This document shows positions 8,025-19,686 of a stretch of 52,541 nucleotides of DNA, one piece after another (the stretch's first letter is position 1; each line of letters starts with the position of its first letter). Where the stretch lies: the sequence record SRR22947727_2671, one strand, 5' to 3'. Position numbers and translations under genes: made by a program. The notes beneath the pieces were generated by a model. That model did not search any database. It saw only the letters and a list, made by a program, of their open reading frames with translations, and was not told where the DNA came from.

Positions 8025-10607
8025 ATGTTAAACGAATACAAAGCTCACGTAGACGAAAGAAAAGCACAAAACATCCCTCCTCTTCCATTAGATGCAGATC
8101 AAACTTCTCAATTAGTAGATTTATTGAAATCTGAACATGAGGAGTCAGAATTACTACTTCATCTATTAAAAGAAAGAGTGCCAGCTGGAGTGGATCAATC
8201 TGCATACGTAAAAGCTGCTTTTCTTGCTGATATTACAACAGGTGAAACATCTAGCCCTTATGTAACTAAAACTGATGCTGTCAAAATTTTAGGGACTATG
8301 CTGGGTGGTTATAACATTCAACCATTAATAGAGTGCTTAAAAATAGATGAATTAGGCAATGAGGCTGCTGAAGCTCTAGGAAAGACATTGTTAATCTTTG
8401 ATGCTTTTAATGAAATATTTGAACTAGCTAAAACCAATGAGCATGCAAAGAAAGTTGTTAATGATTGGGCTGAGGGCAAATGGTTTACAGAAAAGTCAGA
8501 ACTGCCTGAGCGAATTAAATTAACTGTTTACAAAGTTCCAGGAGAAATTAATACCGATGATCTATCACCAGCAACAGATGCCTGGTCTAGACCGGATATC
8601 CCACTTCACGCTTTGGCCATGTTTAAAATGCCAAGAGAAGGTCTTGAGAGACCGCTTGAAACTATTGAAGAATTAAAAGAAAAAGGAAATCCTTTAGTCT
8701 TTGTTGGAGATGTGGTCGGAACAGGTTCATCAAGAAAATCTGCAACCAATTCTGTGCTATGGCATATGGGCGATGAAATCCCTTCAATCCCAAATAAAAA
8801 AGAAGGCGGTTTTTGTTTTGGTGGAAAAATTGCTCCTATCTTTTTTAATACCCTCGAAGATTCTGGTGCTTTTCCAATTGAACTAGATGTTTCAAAAATG
8901 GAAATGGGTCAAGAAATTATTCTTGAACCATTCAATGGCAAAGTTTTAGATGCTAACTCAAATGAAGTAATCTCAACCTTTGAATTAAAGACTCCAGTTC
9001 TTCTTGATGAGGTAAGAGCGAATGGAAGAATTCCATTAATCATAGGAAGACAACTAACCGATAAAACGAGAGATGCTTTGGATTTGGAGCCAACAGATAT
9101 CTTTACCAGACCTGATGCAGAAGATGCTTCAGATAAGGGATATACATTAGCTCAAAAAATGGTTGGAAAAGCATGCGGAGTTGAAGGCATAAGACCTGGA
9201 ACCTATTGCGAACCAAGAATGACTACGGTTGGCTCCCAGGATACAACCGGCCCTATGACTAGAGATGAATTAAAAGAACTTGCCTGTTTAGGTTTCTCAG
9301 CTGACTTAGTTATGCAATCCTTTTGCCATACCGCTGCTTATCCAAAACCAGTAGACATTGAAACTCAACACAACCTTCCAGACTTTATTATGAATCGTGG
9401 TGGTGTATCACTAAGACCAGGCGATGGAATTATTCATTCATGGTTAAACAGAATGTTGTTACCAGATGGAGTCGGTACTGGTGGAGACAGTCACACAAGA
9501 TTTCCAATAGGAATTAGTTTTCCAGCCGGATCAGGGCTTGTAGCTTTTGCTGCAACTTTGGGAGTGATGCCATTGGATATGCCTGAATCAGTTTTAGTAA
9601 GATTTAAAGGTGAAATGCAACCAGGCATAACACTTAGGGATCTTGTTAATGCTATTCCTTATGCAGCAATCCAAAAAGGATTACTGACTGTTGCTAAAGA
9701 AGGTAAGAAAAACGTTTTTTCTGGAAGATGTCTTGAAATCGAAGGACTGCCAGATATGAAAGTTGAACAAGCATTTGAATTATCAGATGCTTCAGCTGAG
9801 CGATCAGCCTCAGGTTGTACAGTTAGACTTAATAAGGAACCAATTATTGAATATTTAAAGTCTAATATTGTCATGCTCAGATGGATGATAGCTAGCGGTT
9901 ATGGAGATGCAAAAACATTAGAAAGAAGAGCTCAGGCGATGGAAGAATGGATAGAAAATCCAGAACTATTACAACCGGATGAAAATGCTGAATATGCTGA
10001 AATCATTGAGATAGATCTAAATGAAATAACCGAGCCATTATTAGCATGTCCTAATGATCCTGATGACATTAAACCTTTGTCTGAAGTAGCTAATACTGAA
10101 ATTCAAGAAGTGTTTATAGGCTCGTGTATGACTAATATTGGTCATTTCAGGGCAGCTGGAACATTATTACAAAAATATAATGGAACAAAAGCTAGGCTTT
10201 GGGTTGTACCGCCAACCAAGATGGATGAAAAGCAACTTATGGAAGAAGGTATTTATAATATCTTTGGAGTTTCAGGTGCAAGAACTGAGCTACCTGGATG
10301 TTCGTTATGTATGGGTAACCAAGCTAGAGTTTTAGCTAACTCCACTGTGGTTTCTACCTCTACAAGAAATTTCCCAAATAGACTTGGTGATGGCGCAAAT
10401 GTATTTTTAGCTTCTGCTGAATTGTCAGCAATAGCTTCAGTTATTGGAAGGCTTCCAACAGTTGAGGAATATCATAAGTACATGGATGACATTAACCCAC
10501 TCTCTGATGAGATATATAGATATCTAAACTTTAATGAAATAGATACCTACGTAGAGAGTGCAAATTCAGCAAACATACCTGCTATAAATATTGTTAATCC
10601 AAGCTAA
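8025..10607 (+). CDS. acnB: Aconitate hydratase B / 2-methylisocitrate dehydratase
   Basis: [62 protein letters not shown]. Confidence 0.97.
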   Translation: MLNEYKAHVDERKAQNIPPLPLDADQTSQLVDLLKSEHEESELLLHLLKERVPAGVDQSAYVKAAFLADITTGETSSPYVTKTDAVKILGTMLGGYNIQPLIECLKIDELGNEAAEALGKTLLIFDAFNEIFELAKTNEHAKKVVNDWAEGKWFTEKSELPERIKLTVYKVPGEINTDDLSPATDAWSRPDIPLHALAMFKMPREGLERPLETIEELKEKGNPLVFVGDVVGTGSSRKSATNSVLWHMGDEIPSIPNKKEGGFCFGGKIAPIFFNTLEDSGAFPIELDVSKMEMGQEIILEPFNGKVLDANSNEVISTFELKTPVLLDEVRANGRIPLIIGRQLTDKTRDALDLEPTDIFTRPDAEDASDKGYTLAQKMVGKACGVEGIRPGTYCEPRMTTVGSQDTTGPMTRDELKELACLGFSADLVMQSFCHTAAYPKPVDIETQHNLPDFIMNRGGVSLRPGDGIIHSWLNRMLLPDGVGTGGDSHTRFPIGISFPAGSGLVAFAATLGVMPLDMPESVLVRFKGEMQPGITLRDLVNAIPYAAIQKGLLTVAKEGKKNVFSGRCLEIEGLPDMKVEQAFELSDASAERSASGCTVRLNKEPIIEYLKSNIVMLRWMIASGYGDAKTLERRAQAMEEWIENPELLQPDENAEYAEIIEIDLNEITEPLLACPNDPDDIKPLSEVANTEIQEVFIGSCMTNIGHFRAAGTLLQKYNGTKARLWVVPPTKMDEKQLMEEGIYNIFGVSGARTELPGCSLCMGNQARVLANSTVVSTSTRNFPNRLGDGANVFLASAELSAIASVIGRLPTVEEYHKYMDDINPLSDEIYRYLNFNEIDTYVESANSANIPAINIVNPS

Positions 10608-12088
10608 GCTTTAGCTTTTTCTCGTTGAGCTTTAACTTCATCTTGTCGACTTATTTCTAAGTCTTCAAGATAGGTATCTCCAAGAGGAGTTATGTATTCA
10701 CCTGTAAAGATAGAGGTTTCAAACTCTTTGATATCAGGATTTCCAAATTGACAGGTTTCAATCAGATCTTCTAATGTTTGGTAAACAAGCCAATCAGCTC
10801 CAATTTCTCTTGCAACTTCTTCATCTGTTCTATTGGCAGCTATGAGCTCACTTGTTGCTGGCATATCTATGCCGTATAAATTTTGATATTTAATTGCTGG
10901 TGCTGCAGAGGCGAAATATACCTTTTTTGCCCCGGCCTCTTTTGCCATTTCAATAATTTTTTTACTAGTTGTTCCTCTAACTATTGAATCATCAACCAAA
11001 AGTACATTTTTACCTTCAAACTCCAGATCAAGAATATTAAGCTTTCTTCTTACAGATTTTCTTCGCTCTTCTTGATACGGCATAATAAATGTTCTTCCAA
11101 TATATCTGTTCTTCACAAAGCCTTCCCTGTAAGGGACATTTAAATCAACTGCTAGCTGCAAGGCTGCTGTAGTTGAGCTATCTGGAATAGGAATTACAAC
11201 ATCAATATCATGATCAGGATTATTCTTTTTAATAAGCTCTGCGAGTTTTGATCCCATTCTCATGCGAGCCTTATAAACAGATATTTCATCAATTTTTGAA
11301 TCAGGTCTTGAAAAATATACGTACTCAAAAATACAAGGTCTTTTTTTAGGTTCATCAGAGCACTGTTGAGAATGAAAAGTACCCTTTTTATCAATATAAA
11401 CTGCTTCGCCAGGCTCAACATCCCTTAATTTTTTAAACCCTTGAGATTCAAATAAAGCATCTTCAGATGCAATAATATATTCATCTCGAGTCTCACCTTT
11501 TCTAATACCAATGCTTAATGGTCTGATTGCATTATTGTCTCTAAATGCCAAAATGCCATGGCCTGTTATTAAAGCTAAAACTGCATAAGCACCATCACAT
11601 CTTCTATGTGTTTTTGCTACAGCTTTAAATATGTGTTCTGCGGACGGGTAAATCTCTCTTTGCTTACCTAGCTCGTGAGCGAAAATATTTAAAAGGACTT
11701 CTGAATCAGAGTCTGTATTAAGGTGTCTCATTTCAGCATGAAATAGTTGAACACCAAGCTCTTTTGAGTTAGTTAAATTACCATTGTGAACCATGCTAAT
11801 TCCATAGGGAGAATTAACATACATGGGTTGAGCAAACTCTTTACCTGTTCCACCTGCTGTAGGATATCTGACATGACCTATGCCATAGTTACCCATAAGC
11901 TTATTCATGTGACGCTGTTGAAAAACATCTCTTACATAACCCATGGATTTTCTACTATTGAGCTTGTCCTGAGCATCGCAAACCACCATGCCCGCTGCAT
12001 CCTGACCTCTGTGTTGAAGCATTAAAAGAGAGTCATATATCTCTGCAGCTACGTTAGTTTCAGCAGAAATTGCAACTATTCCACACAT
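10604..12088 (-). CDS. purF: Amidophosphoribosyltransferase
   Basis: N-terminal [24 protein letters not shown] loop [10 protein letters not shown]. Confidence 0.97.
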   Translation of the reverse strand: MCGIVAISAETNVAAEIYDSLLMLQHRGQDAAGMVVCDAQDKLNSRKSMGYVRDVFQQRHMNKLMGNYGIGHVRYPTAGGTGKEFAQPMYVNSPYGISMVHNGNLTNSKELGVQLFHAEMRHLNTDSDSEVLLNIFAHELGKQREIYPSAEHIFKAVAKTHRRCDGAYAVLALITGHGILAFRDNNAIRPLSIGIRKGETRDEYIIASEDALFESQGFKKLRDVEPGEAVYIDKKGTFHSQQCSDEPKKRPCIFEYVYFSRPDSKIDEISVYKARMRMGSKLAELIKKNNPDHDIDVVIPIPDSSTTAALQLAVDLNVPYREGFVKNRYIGRTFIMPYQEERRKSVRRKLNILDLEFEGKNVLLVDDSIVRGTTSKKIIEMAKEAGAKKVYFASAAPAIKYQNLYGIDMPATSELIAANRTDEEVAREIGADWLVYQTLEDLIETCQFGNPDIKEFETSIFTGEYITPLGDTYLEDLEISRQDEVKAQREKAKA

Positions 12089-12672
12089 TAAGATTCCTCT
12101 TGAGTAGGATTAATATCTTCTGAAGCTGGAGCCAATTCCTCTTTGATTGGTTCTATGACTTCCATAGCTTCTTCGACTAGATTTCTATTATCTATTAAAT
12201 CTCTAAAATAAGCTTCAATTTGTGGAGCATATTTTTCAATTATTGGTGTTATTTTTGATTGGTTAATTAAATCAGTTGATTTTATGCTTGATGGTAACAA
12301 TAAAAATATAACAAAAAGAACTATTAAGCCTCTTGTAAGGCCAAATAAAACACCAAGAAATCTATCAAAACCTGAAGCACCAGACCATTTAATTAGTGTT
12401 CCTATGAACTTTATAACCATTCCTCCAAGAATGATACAAACCACAAAGACCACAATGTATGAAAGAATTTTAGATACCTCTTCATTGCCAATGTATTCAT
12501 TAATTTTAGGAGTTGCTAAATATTCAAGACTCACAGCAGCTATAAAAGCTACAACCCATAAGAATAATGATAAAAATTCTTTGGTAAATCCTCTGGCTAA
12601 AGATATCAAGCCAGATGCTGTCAAAACAACTAAAATAAACCAGTCAGTAATATTTAGACCTAGAGCTTCCAA
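12088..12672 (-). CDS. cvpA: CvpA family membrane protein
   Basis: RGF.KE..SL, DRFLG.LFG..RG; directly upstream of purF. Confidence 0.9.
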   Translation of the reverse strand: MEALGLNITDWFILVVLTASGLISLARGFTKEFLSLFLWVVAFIAAVSLEYLATPKINEYIGNEEVSKILSYIVVFVVCIILGGMVIKFIGTLIKWSGASGFDRFLGVLFGLTRGLIVLFVIFLLLPSSIKSTDLINQSKITPIIEKYAPQIEAYFRDLIDNRNLVEEAMEVIEPIKEELAPASEDINPTQEES

Positions 12673-13136
12673 CTAGATATCTCCCCTTTTCTTGATTCTG
12701 AAACCTTCTGTATTAATTCAATGTTAGATTCAATGTCATCTCTTTCTAAAAACGGTCCTACGTATACAGCATGAAGATTTTTTTTGGTTCCAAAAATTTC
12801 AGTGAAAGCAGGAAAGCCGCCTTGATTTATTTTTGTGACCATTTTATTTGCATTATCTTCAGAAGATAAAACATGAACCCTGAGAACGAAAAGATCAAAA
12901 TCAGACTTTTCAATACTAGCCACGTCTGAATTCATAATTGGGCTTTCTTTAAAAATTTCTTTTTCTTCAACCTCTGCCTCAATAAGATTTTCTTTTTCTA
13001 AAGATGTTTCATTAGTTATAGGGTTAGAAACCTTAAATTCTTGTTGGTAATCAATCTGAGGAGTTAAAACAACAAAGAGTAAAACTAGCAATATACCAAT
13101 GCTAAAAACTAGACCAACAATTCTCTCAATATTCAT
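12660..13136 (-). CDS. dedD: SPOR-domain cell division protein (DedD-like)
   Basis: N-terminal ERIVG + TM, C-terminal SPOR-like ..NA..........GFPAF.......VYVGPF; synteny accD-dedD-cvpA. Confidence 0.75.
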   Translation of the reverse strand: MNIERIVGLVFSIGILLVLLFVVLTPQIDYQQEFKVSNPITNETSLEKENLIEAEVEEKEIFKESPIMNSDVASIEKSDFDLFVLRVHVLSSEDNANKMVTKINQGGFPAFTEIFGTKKNLHAVYVGPFLERDDIESNIELIQKVSESRKGEISSWKL

Positions 13137-13981
13137 TAAGGTTTATATATTTTTTTAAGTAGTCCGTGAACTTTGCTTCTAATATTTTTTCTATGAACAA
13201 TCATATCAATTGCGCCGTTCTTTAACAAAAACTCTGACTTTTGAAAATCCTCTGGCAAATCTACTCTAACTGTTTGCTCGATAACCCTTCTTCCTGCAAA
13301 GCCTACGAGCGCATCAGGCTCAGCTATATTGATATCTCCAAGCATTGCTAAACTTGCTGAAACGCCTCCATAGATAGGATCTACCATGACTGAAATATAT
13401 GGAAGATTTTCTGCTTTAAGCTTCTGGAGTGCTGCAGAAGTCTTCGCCATTTGCATTAAAGAAATCATAGATTCCTGCATTCTTGCTCCACCACTTGTTG
13501 AAAAACATATAAACGGACATCTAGATTTAATAGCTTCATTAACACCCTGAACAAATTTTTCTCCAACAACTCCTCCCATTGAGCCACCCATAAATCTAAA
13601 TTCAAAAGCAGCAACAACTACATCGATTGCGTCTAAAGTACCTTTACCAATAATAATTGCTTCATTTTCACCTGTGGATGAGACAGCGTCTTTTACCCGA
13701 GACGTATATTGTTTGGTATCTTTAAATTTTAATGGGTCTTTAGTTTTGATATCTTTCGCAATTTCGTCAAAATAACCATTATCTAAAAAGATTTCTAATC
13801 TTTTTCTAGCGCCTATTCTTAAGTGGTGATCGCATTTAGAACATACAAATAAAGATTTCTCTAAATCGGGAGCATAAAGAACTGATTCGCATGAAGGACA
13901 AGAAGTCCAAAGCCCATCAGGCACCTTACTTTTAGACTTGGATGTCATCATTGAAGGTATAAGCCTTGTTAGCCAGTTCAT
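13136..13981 (-). CDS. accD: Acetyl-CoA carboxylase carboxyltransferase beta subunit
   Basis: Zn ribbon CPSC...CSKC, FMGGSMG, SGGARMQE, GFAGRRVIEQT. Confidence 0.96.
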   Translation of the reverse strand: MNWLTRLIPSMMTSKSKSKVPDGLWTSCPSCESVLYAPDLEKSLFVCSKCDHHLRIGARKRLEIFLDNGYFDEIAKDIKTKDPLKFKDTKQYTSRVKDAVSSTGENEAIIIGKGTLDAIDVVVAAFEFRFMGGSMGGVVGEKFVQGVNEAIKSRCPFICFSTSGGARMQESMISLMQMAKTSAALQKLKAENLPYISVMVDPIYGGVSASLAMLGDINIAEPDALVGFAGRRVIEQTVRVDLPEDFQKSEFLLKNGAIDMIVHRKNIRSKVHGLLKKIYKP

Positions 13982-14763
13982 GATATAGCTGTTTTCATCT
14001 CCCTAAGATATTTACTTATTCTACCAAATTCTTTTGTTGTTGACTCTTCATCTATCATTTCAACAATAGATGAACCTATAACAATGCCATCTGAACATGC
14101 TGCAAGAGTCTTTGCATCTTCAATCGACTTGATACCAAATCCTGCCATGGTGGGTAAATCTGTGTATTGTTGAATCCTTGCAATATTTTTTTGGATCTCA
14201 TCTATGTTTAGATTCGAAGAACCAGTAACTCCACGAAGATTAACGTAATAGATAAATCCGGTGCTATTTTTAGCTATAGACTCTACTCTGTCTTCTTTTG
14301 TAGTTGGTGAGATTAAAGAAATGGTATTTATATTTGGATTTGAGATTCCATAGGTTTCTAAATTAAGTTCACCAGGAACATCAACTACTAAAATAGAATC
14401 CACACTGTTGCTATCAGCAGACTTCACCAAATCAATATGTGAAATAAAGGTATTTAAATAGCCCATCAACACGATTGGCGTTTCTTGATCAACTGTTCTA
14501 AATTTTTTAACTAAATCTAGAATCATTTTTAATGATATATCATTTTTTAAAGCTCTATCATGTGCTCTTTGAATCGTAGGACCTTCTGCTATGGGGTCTG
14601 TAAATGGAACACCTATTTCGATAACATCAACTCCAGATTCAACAAATAAGTGCATAAGTTCAAGGGTTGTATCTAGATCTGGATCACCAGCTACCAAATA
14701 AGCAACCAAAGCTTTTTGATTACTATTCTTTAGCTCAACTAACTTTGAAGACAGTCTATTCAA
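13978..14763 (-). CDS. trpA: Tryptophan synthase alpha chain
   Basis: [38 protein letters not shown]. Confidence 0.95.
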   Translation of the reverse strand: MNRLSSKLVELKNSNQKALVAYLVAGDPDLDTTLELMHLFVESGVDVIEIGVPFTDPIAEGPTIQRAHDRALKNDISLKMILDLVKKFRTVDQETPIVLMGYLNTFISHIDLVKSADSNSVDSILVVDVPGELNLETYGISNPNINTISLISPTTKEDRVESIAKNSTGFIYYVNLRGVTGSSNLNIDEIQKNIARIQQYTDLPTMAGFGIKSIEDAKTLAACSDGIVIGSSIVEMIDEESTTKEFGRISKYLREMKTAIS

Positions 14764-15965
14764 AACTTAATTCCATCTATTTCTGCAACAGTGTTGATGT
14801 CCTTATCTCCTCGTCCTGATACATTAACAACAACATTTGCTGAAGAGTCTAATTCTTTCATTAAAGGTTCTAGATACGCAAAAGCATGAGCTGTTTCTAA
14901 AGCTGGCATAATGCCTTCAAGCTCAGTAACTTCATGAAATGCTTTTAATGCATCTTCATCACTAACAGCAACATATTCAGCTCTACCCACATCTTTTAAC
15001 CAAGAATGTTCTGGCCCAACACCGGGATAATCTAATCCTGCTGAAACTGATTTTGTATCTTTAACTTGTCCTGCCTCATCCTGCATGAGATAACTTCGAG
15101 CTCCATGCAGAACTCCCGGAGTGCCATCATTAAGAGGCGCTGCATGCTCACCTGTGGCTACACCCTTACCTCCTGCTTCAACACCGATAAGTCTTGTTTC
15201 TTTTATATCAATAAATGGATGAAAAATACCCATGGCATTGGAACCACCACCCACACAAGCCACAACAGCATCTGGCATTTTTCCAAATAAATCTTTTGAT
15301 TGTTCAATTACCTCTTTTCCTACAACAGAATTAAAGTCTCTAACTATCATTGGATACGGATGAGGGCCTGTAACGCTTCCAATAATATAATAGGTATCAT
15401 CGACATTAGTAACCCAATCTCTAAGGGCTTCATTAAGAGCATCTTTTAAAGTTGCTGAACCCGAATCAACAGGATGTACCTGAGCGCCCAATAATTTAAT
15501 TCTATATACATTCAATGACTGCCTTCTTACATCTTCAGCGCCCATATAAATATGGCATTCTAAACCTAGTCTTGCTGCAACAGTTGCTGTTGCAACTCCA
15601 TGTTGACCAGCTCCAGTCTCAGCAATAATTCTTTTCTTACCCATATGCTTAGCAAGCAAAATTTGACCAACTGTATTATTAATTTTATGAGCACCTGTAT
15701 GATTAAGATCTTCTCTCTTAAGCCAAATTGAGCCAGAACCATAATGATCTGTTAGTCTTTGAGCAAAATACAAAGGTGATGGTCTTCCAACAAAAGCAGA
15801 TAAATCTTTATAAAACTCATCTATAAAATCTTTATTATCTTTTAATTTGTTGTAGGTATTTTCTAGTTCTTCCAAAGCATACATCAGTGTCTCTGGAACA
15901 AACTTTCCTCCGTATTCACCAAAAAATCCTTCTTTGTCAGGAAAATTAAAATTATCAGATGCCAT
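14760..15965 (-). CDS. trpB: Tryptophan synthase beta chain
   Basis: [15 protein letters not shown] (PLP Lys), [34 protein letters not shown]. Confidence 0.97.
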   Translation of the reverse strand: MASDNFNFPDKEGFFGEYGGKFVPETLMYALEELENTYNKLKDNKDFIDEFYKDLSAFVGRPSPLYFAQRLTDHYGSGSIWLKREDLNHTGAHKINNTVGQILLAKHMGKKRIIAETGAGQHGVATATVAARLGLECHIYMGAEDVRRQSLNVYRIKLLGAQVHPVDSGSATLKDALNEALRDWVTNVDDTYYIIGSVTGPHPYPMIVRDFNSVVGKEVIEQSKDLFGKMPDAVVACVGGGSNAMGIFHPFIDIKETRLIGVEAGGKGVATGEHAAPLNDGTPGVLHGARSYLMQDEAGQVKDTKSVSAGLDYPGVGPEHSWLKDVGRAEYVAVSDEDALKAFHEVTELEGIMPALETAHAFAYLEPLMKELDSSANVVVNVSGRGDKDINTVAEIDGIKF

Positions 15966-16581
15966 AAGCTTTTATTGTTTTTAAAATATTTGTTACCAGT
16001 TCGATATTTTTGATGCCCTCTTGGGATTCAACTCCAGAGTTCAAATCCAAGCACCAAGAGTTTGTCTTTAATGCATTATCGACATTTTGAGAATTAATTC
16101 CACCAGAAAGAACAATATTTTGATCATCATTATCAATATCTTTTAATATTTGCCAATTAAAAGATTCGCCTGTGCCTCCGTAAGAACCTTCTTTATGATT
16201 TTCAAGAAGGATTGCTTGAGCTGAGCTGAAAAGAGAGCAGCTTTTTAAATCATCAGTATTCTTAACTCTTATTGCTTTCCAATAATCAAGACCAAAAGAT
16301 TCACAAAAATTATTTTCTTCATCACCGTGAAATTGCAGAATTGGATTATTAAAGTAAGAAGAGGTTTGATATACATAATCTTCATCAGGATTAACATAGA
16401 CACATACCGGTCTTGAGTCTTTAAAATCTATATCTTTAATAGATTCAAGAAAAGTGTTATTTGCAAACCTAGGGCTTTTTTCATAAAAAATAAAACCTAT
16501 AAAATCTATATTAAGATTTATTAAATCTTTTAGAATTTCAATATTAGAAATGCCACAAATTTTTACTTTTGGTGAGTTCAT
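15955..16581 (-). CDS. trpF: Phosphoribosylanthranilate isomerase
   Basis: [40 protein letters not shown]. Confidence 0.93.
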   Translation of the reverse strand: MNSPKVKICGISNIEILKDLINLNIDFIGFIFYEKSPRFANNTFLESIKDIDFKDSRPVCVYVNPDEDYVYQTSSYFNNPILQFHGDEENNFCESFGLDYWKAIRVKNTDDLKSCSLFSSAQAILLENHKEGSYGGTGESFNWQILKDIDNDDQNIVLSGGINSQNVDNALKTNSWCLDLNSGVESQEGIKNIELVTNILKTIKAYGI

Positions 16582-17363
16582 TTTTTAAACCTATCCATTA
16601 AATGTTCAATCGGACTAGCGATATTGAATTTTAAATCATATTTAGGTCCAAGAAAAAATAAACCCTTGGCAGAAAGAGTCTTTCCTGCAAAGCTCCTATC
16701 TTTTTTTGAAAGAATTTCCTCAACAGAAGAATTAATTTCTCCTTTAGCAATATCTAAAAGAGTTCCAACCATAATTCTCACCATATTGTGCAAAAATGCA
16801 TTTGCTTTAATGGTAATAAATATAAATTTATCATGAGTTTCGACATCAATCATATTGATGGTTTTTGTTGGATTCTTTGAATTACAACTAGAACTTCTAA
16901 AAGAAGTAAAATCATGAGTTCCTAAAAACATATTTGCTTGAAGTTTAAGTAGATTTTGGTCTATTTTATTGTTATCCCAGTGTGACATATTACCAAAAAA
17001 TAAAGGTTTACTTCTTGAGTTGTAGATTACGTATGTATAGCTTCTTTCTATAGCAGAATAGCGAGAATGAAAATCATCTGGAACCCTTGAGATGCTTGTA
17101 ACTGCAACAGAATCTGTAAGATTTGAATTAATTCCATCTATCCAGTTTTTGTTTGGTCTTTCAAGTTCTGTCGTGAAATCAAAAACCTGAGATAAAGCAT
17201 GGACGCCTGCATCAGTTCTGCCGGCATAATTAATAACTACTTTTTCTTGAGTGATCTTCTCTAATGCTTCTTCTATATTCTGCTGAACAGAGTCTGCATT
17301 TTTTTGTCTCTGAAATCCTGAAAAGATAGAGCCATCATACTCAGTTGTAAAAGCTAACTTCAC
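16578..17363 (-). CDS. truA: tRNA pseudouridine(38-40) synthase
   Basis: EYDGS.FSGFQRQ, AGRTDAGVHA, HDFTSFR, AFLHNMVR. Confidence 0.96.
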   Translation of the reverse strand: MKLAFTTEYDGSIFSGFQRQKNADSVQQNIEEALEKITQEKVVINYAGRTDAGVHALSQVFDFTTELERPNKNWIDGINSNLTDSVAVTSISRVPDDFHSRYSAIERSYTYVIYNSRSKPLFFGNMSHWDNNKIDQNLLKLQANMFLGTHDFTSFRSSSCNSKNPTKTINMIDVETHDKFIFITIKANAFLHNMVRIMVGTLLDIAKGEINSSVEEILSKKDRSFAGKTLSAKGLFFLGPKYDLKFNIASPIEHLMDRFKK

Positions 17364-18673
17364 TGTTCACTAATTTTATCTAGTAGACTTTGAGCAGTAT
17401 TTTTTAACGCATCGCTATCTGTTGATTTAATTAGATTTTCTAAAATAGTTTTCGCGTTTTTAAAATCGCCCATTTCATTGTAAGTAATTGCTAAATCAAG
17501 TTGCTGCTCATCTTGGTTGTTTTGAATGCTTAAGCCTTTTGGCAAGCCTTCAATAGATGATGGAGAATCTTCTGCTTCTTCAAAATCATATTCAATTTTC
17601 TTGGGTTGCCTTGATTTAAGTTGGATATAAATAAGGGCTATAAGAACTCCTGAGAGAATCGATACAAATGCTACAAAAAGAAGATCCATTAATCCAAACC
17701 CTTTGGCTTTTTCATTTTGAATTATTTCAGTTTCTTTAATAAGCTCTTCTGCAACCTTGCTTTCTATAGCCATCTCTAAAGTTTTTGTATTGTTTTCTAT
17801 AAAACTTTTTGGATCATTGAAATTTTCATTGGTAATATCAATTGATTCATTTACATCTTCTTCAATAACTTCTTTAGCTTTTGGTTCTGGTGATTCTTTT
17901 ATTTTTGGTGCAGTTAAAACCAATAATGACTTCATCGTGGGAACAAGAGATAAAGAGTATGAATCATTCATTGCTAATATTGAACTTCTTGCCTCACTAT
18001 CTGAAACATTAGCCATGCTTGAGAAAGATGGAATGATTAAGTCTTTGTCATTTCTTACAAGGTTTATATTCCCATCAATAAAAGCATCTTTATTTCCAAG
18101 ATATATTGACCACATAATTTGATATATCGAAGTATTGGTTGTCTCTTGCTTAATGCTTGAGGCCATGCTCCACATAGTACTAATATCACTTGCCTTGATT
18201 ACCTTTTGTTGCTCTAGAACATTTTCTATGATCTCTTGTTGAGCTGGTTCAGGTGTTCTGATATTAGTTTCAACAGGCGCAGGTTTGTAGACTGTCCTTT
18301 GAGATTCTATTTTTGGTGAGGTATTAATTTTTGAAGGTAGAAAAATAAAAATATCTTTAGCGAGTTCATTTTTAATAACAAGCTTAAAGTTAAAATAATT
18401 TCCTTCATATTCATCTTTTAAAACAATAGAAAAAGTTTTGTAGTTAGAGAAATTTTCTAAAAGGGTGTAGGAAATGTTTTCTTGGGATAGCAAGTCGTCT
18501 GATTTGTACTCTTTTAGAGTAATGTCTTTGTCGGAGATTCTTGAACTTTGAATTTTGAATTCAATAACTCTTTCGCCCTTGTTATTAAGACTTAGCTGTG
18601 GTGATGAGAGTAATGCATCAGCAATAATGTTTGACGGAAGTAAGAAGAAAGAAATTAAAAAGATTCTTAACAC
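17360..18673 (-). CDS. fimV: FimV/HubP-like polar landmark protein (compact)
   Basis: LysM-like TMWSMA...YQIM.SIY..N.DAFI.GNINL....L.IP, TM helix, C-terminal LDLA..Y.EMGD...AK..L; position between asd and truA. Confidence 0.75.
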   Translation of the reverse strand: MLRIFLISFFLLPSNIIADALLSSPQLSLNNKGERVIEFKIQSSRISDKDITLKEYKSDDLLSQENISYTLLENFSNYKTFSIVLKDEYEGNYFNFKLVIKNELAKDIFIFLPSKINTSPKIESQRTVYKPAPVETNIRTPEPAQQEIIENVLEQQKVIKASDISTMWSMASSIKQETTNTSIYQIMWSIYLGNKDAFIDGNINLVRNDKDLIIPSFSSMANVSDSEARSSILAMNDSYSLSLVPTMKSLLVLTAPKIKESPEPKAKEVIEEDVNESIDITNENFNDPKSFIENNTKTLEMAIESKVAEELIKETEIIQNEKAKGFGLMDLLFVAFVSILSGVLIALIYIQLKSRQPKKIEYDFEEAEDSPSSIEGLPKGLSIQNNQDEQQLDLAITYNEMGDFKNAKTILENLIKSTDSDALKNTAQSLLDKISEQ

Positions 18674-19686
18674 AATTTATTGTTAGCAATTAATTTTTGA
18701 AGGATTTGTACTGCATTTAAAGCAGCGCCCTTTCCATAAACATTATCAGCAACAATCCAAAGTGAGACCCATGTATCTCCTTGGATATTCTGAGATCTTA
18801 TTCTTCCTACATACACATCCTCAGAATCATTAGCTTGTTCATAGGGAGTTGGGTATTCTAAGGTTTCAGGATTGTCCATAACGCACACACCTTCATTTCC
18901 TTGGACTGTTTTAATAATGTCTTCTCTTGAAGCATCGTTAGACATTTTTAGAAAAACTGCTTCAGAATGACCGTTGAATACAGGTACTCTTGCGCAAGTT
19001 GCTTGAACATCAATATTTGGATCTAAAATTTTCTTAGTTTCCCATACTAATTTCATTTCCTCTTTAGTAAAGGCATTATCTAAGAAGATATCACATTGAG
19101 GTATTACATTGAAAGCAATAGGTTTTGGATACACTTTTGATTCAGGAGATTCACTCTCGTATGTTTGAGATCTTAGCTCTTCAACCGCCTCTTTACCTGT
19201 TCCAGAAACAGCTTGATAGGTAGCGATATTTAAGAACTCAATACCATACTTTTCATGGATAGGTTTCAAAACCATTAGCAGTTGAGATGTTGAACAATTT
19301 GGATTGGCTATCAATGTCGGCTCTTTTAAACTTTCAATAATATCTCCATTAATTTCTGGGATAATCAAAGGTATGACATCGTCGTATCTGAATTCAGATG
19401 ATAGATCAATAACGTAACTTCCAGCTTCAACAAATTTCTTTGCATACTTCTTTGCAACTGAGCCTCCGGCAGAAAAAATTGTGATATTTGCTGTTTTTGG
19501 ATCAAATGAATCTAAGTCCCCAATAATATATTCATGATTTTGAAAATTGATAGCTTGGCCAACAGTAGATTTTCCAAGAGGAAAAAGATTATCAATTTTA
19601 ATCTCTTTTTTTTCTAATAACTGAAGTATTTTTTGTCCAACAACACCAGATGCGCCTACTAGAGCCATGTTTAACGCTTTATCCAT
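18667..19686 (-). CDS. asd: Aspartate-semialdehyde dehydrogenase
   Basis: GASGVVG, ANPNCST, TYQAVSG, FT.EE.K, RVPVFNGHSE, KGAALNAVQI. Confidence 0.93.
   Translation of the reverse strand: MDKALNMALVGASGVVGQKILQLLEKKEIKIDNLFPLGKSTVGQAINFQNHEYIIGDLDSFDPKTANITIFSAGGSVAKKYAKKFVEAGSYVIDLSSEFRYDDVIPLIIPEINGDIIESLKEPTLIANPNCSTSQLLMVLKPIHEKYGIEFLNIATYQAVSGTGKEAVEELRSQTYESESPESKVYPKPIAFNVIPQCDIFLDNAFTKEEMKLVWETKKILDPNIDVQATCARVPVFNGHSEAVFLKMSNDASREDIIKTVQGNEGVCVMDNPETLEYPTPYEQANDSEDVYVGRIRSQNIQGDTWVSLWIVADNVYGKGAALNAVQILQKLIANNKLC

Noticed and set aside
7924-12676. Short shadow ORFs (7924-8205, 8701-8886, 9659-9874, 10138-10335, 11786-12025, 12284-12676)
   Set aside because: Antisense or off-frame within acnB, purF and cvpA; no independent signals
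18700-18760. Asd motif DNVYGKGAA instead of DNLRKGAA
   Set aside because: Catalytic Cys/His motifs are intact; treated as lineage divergence
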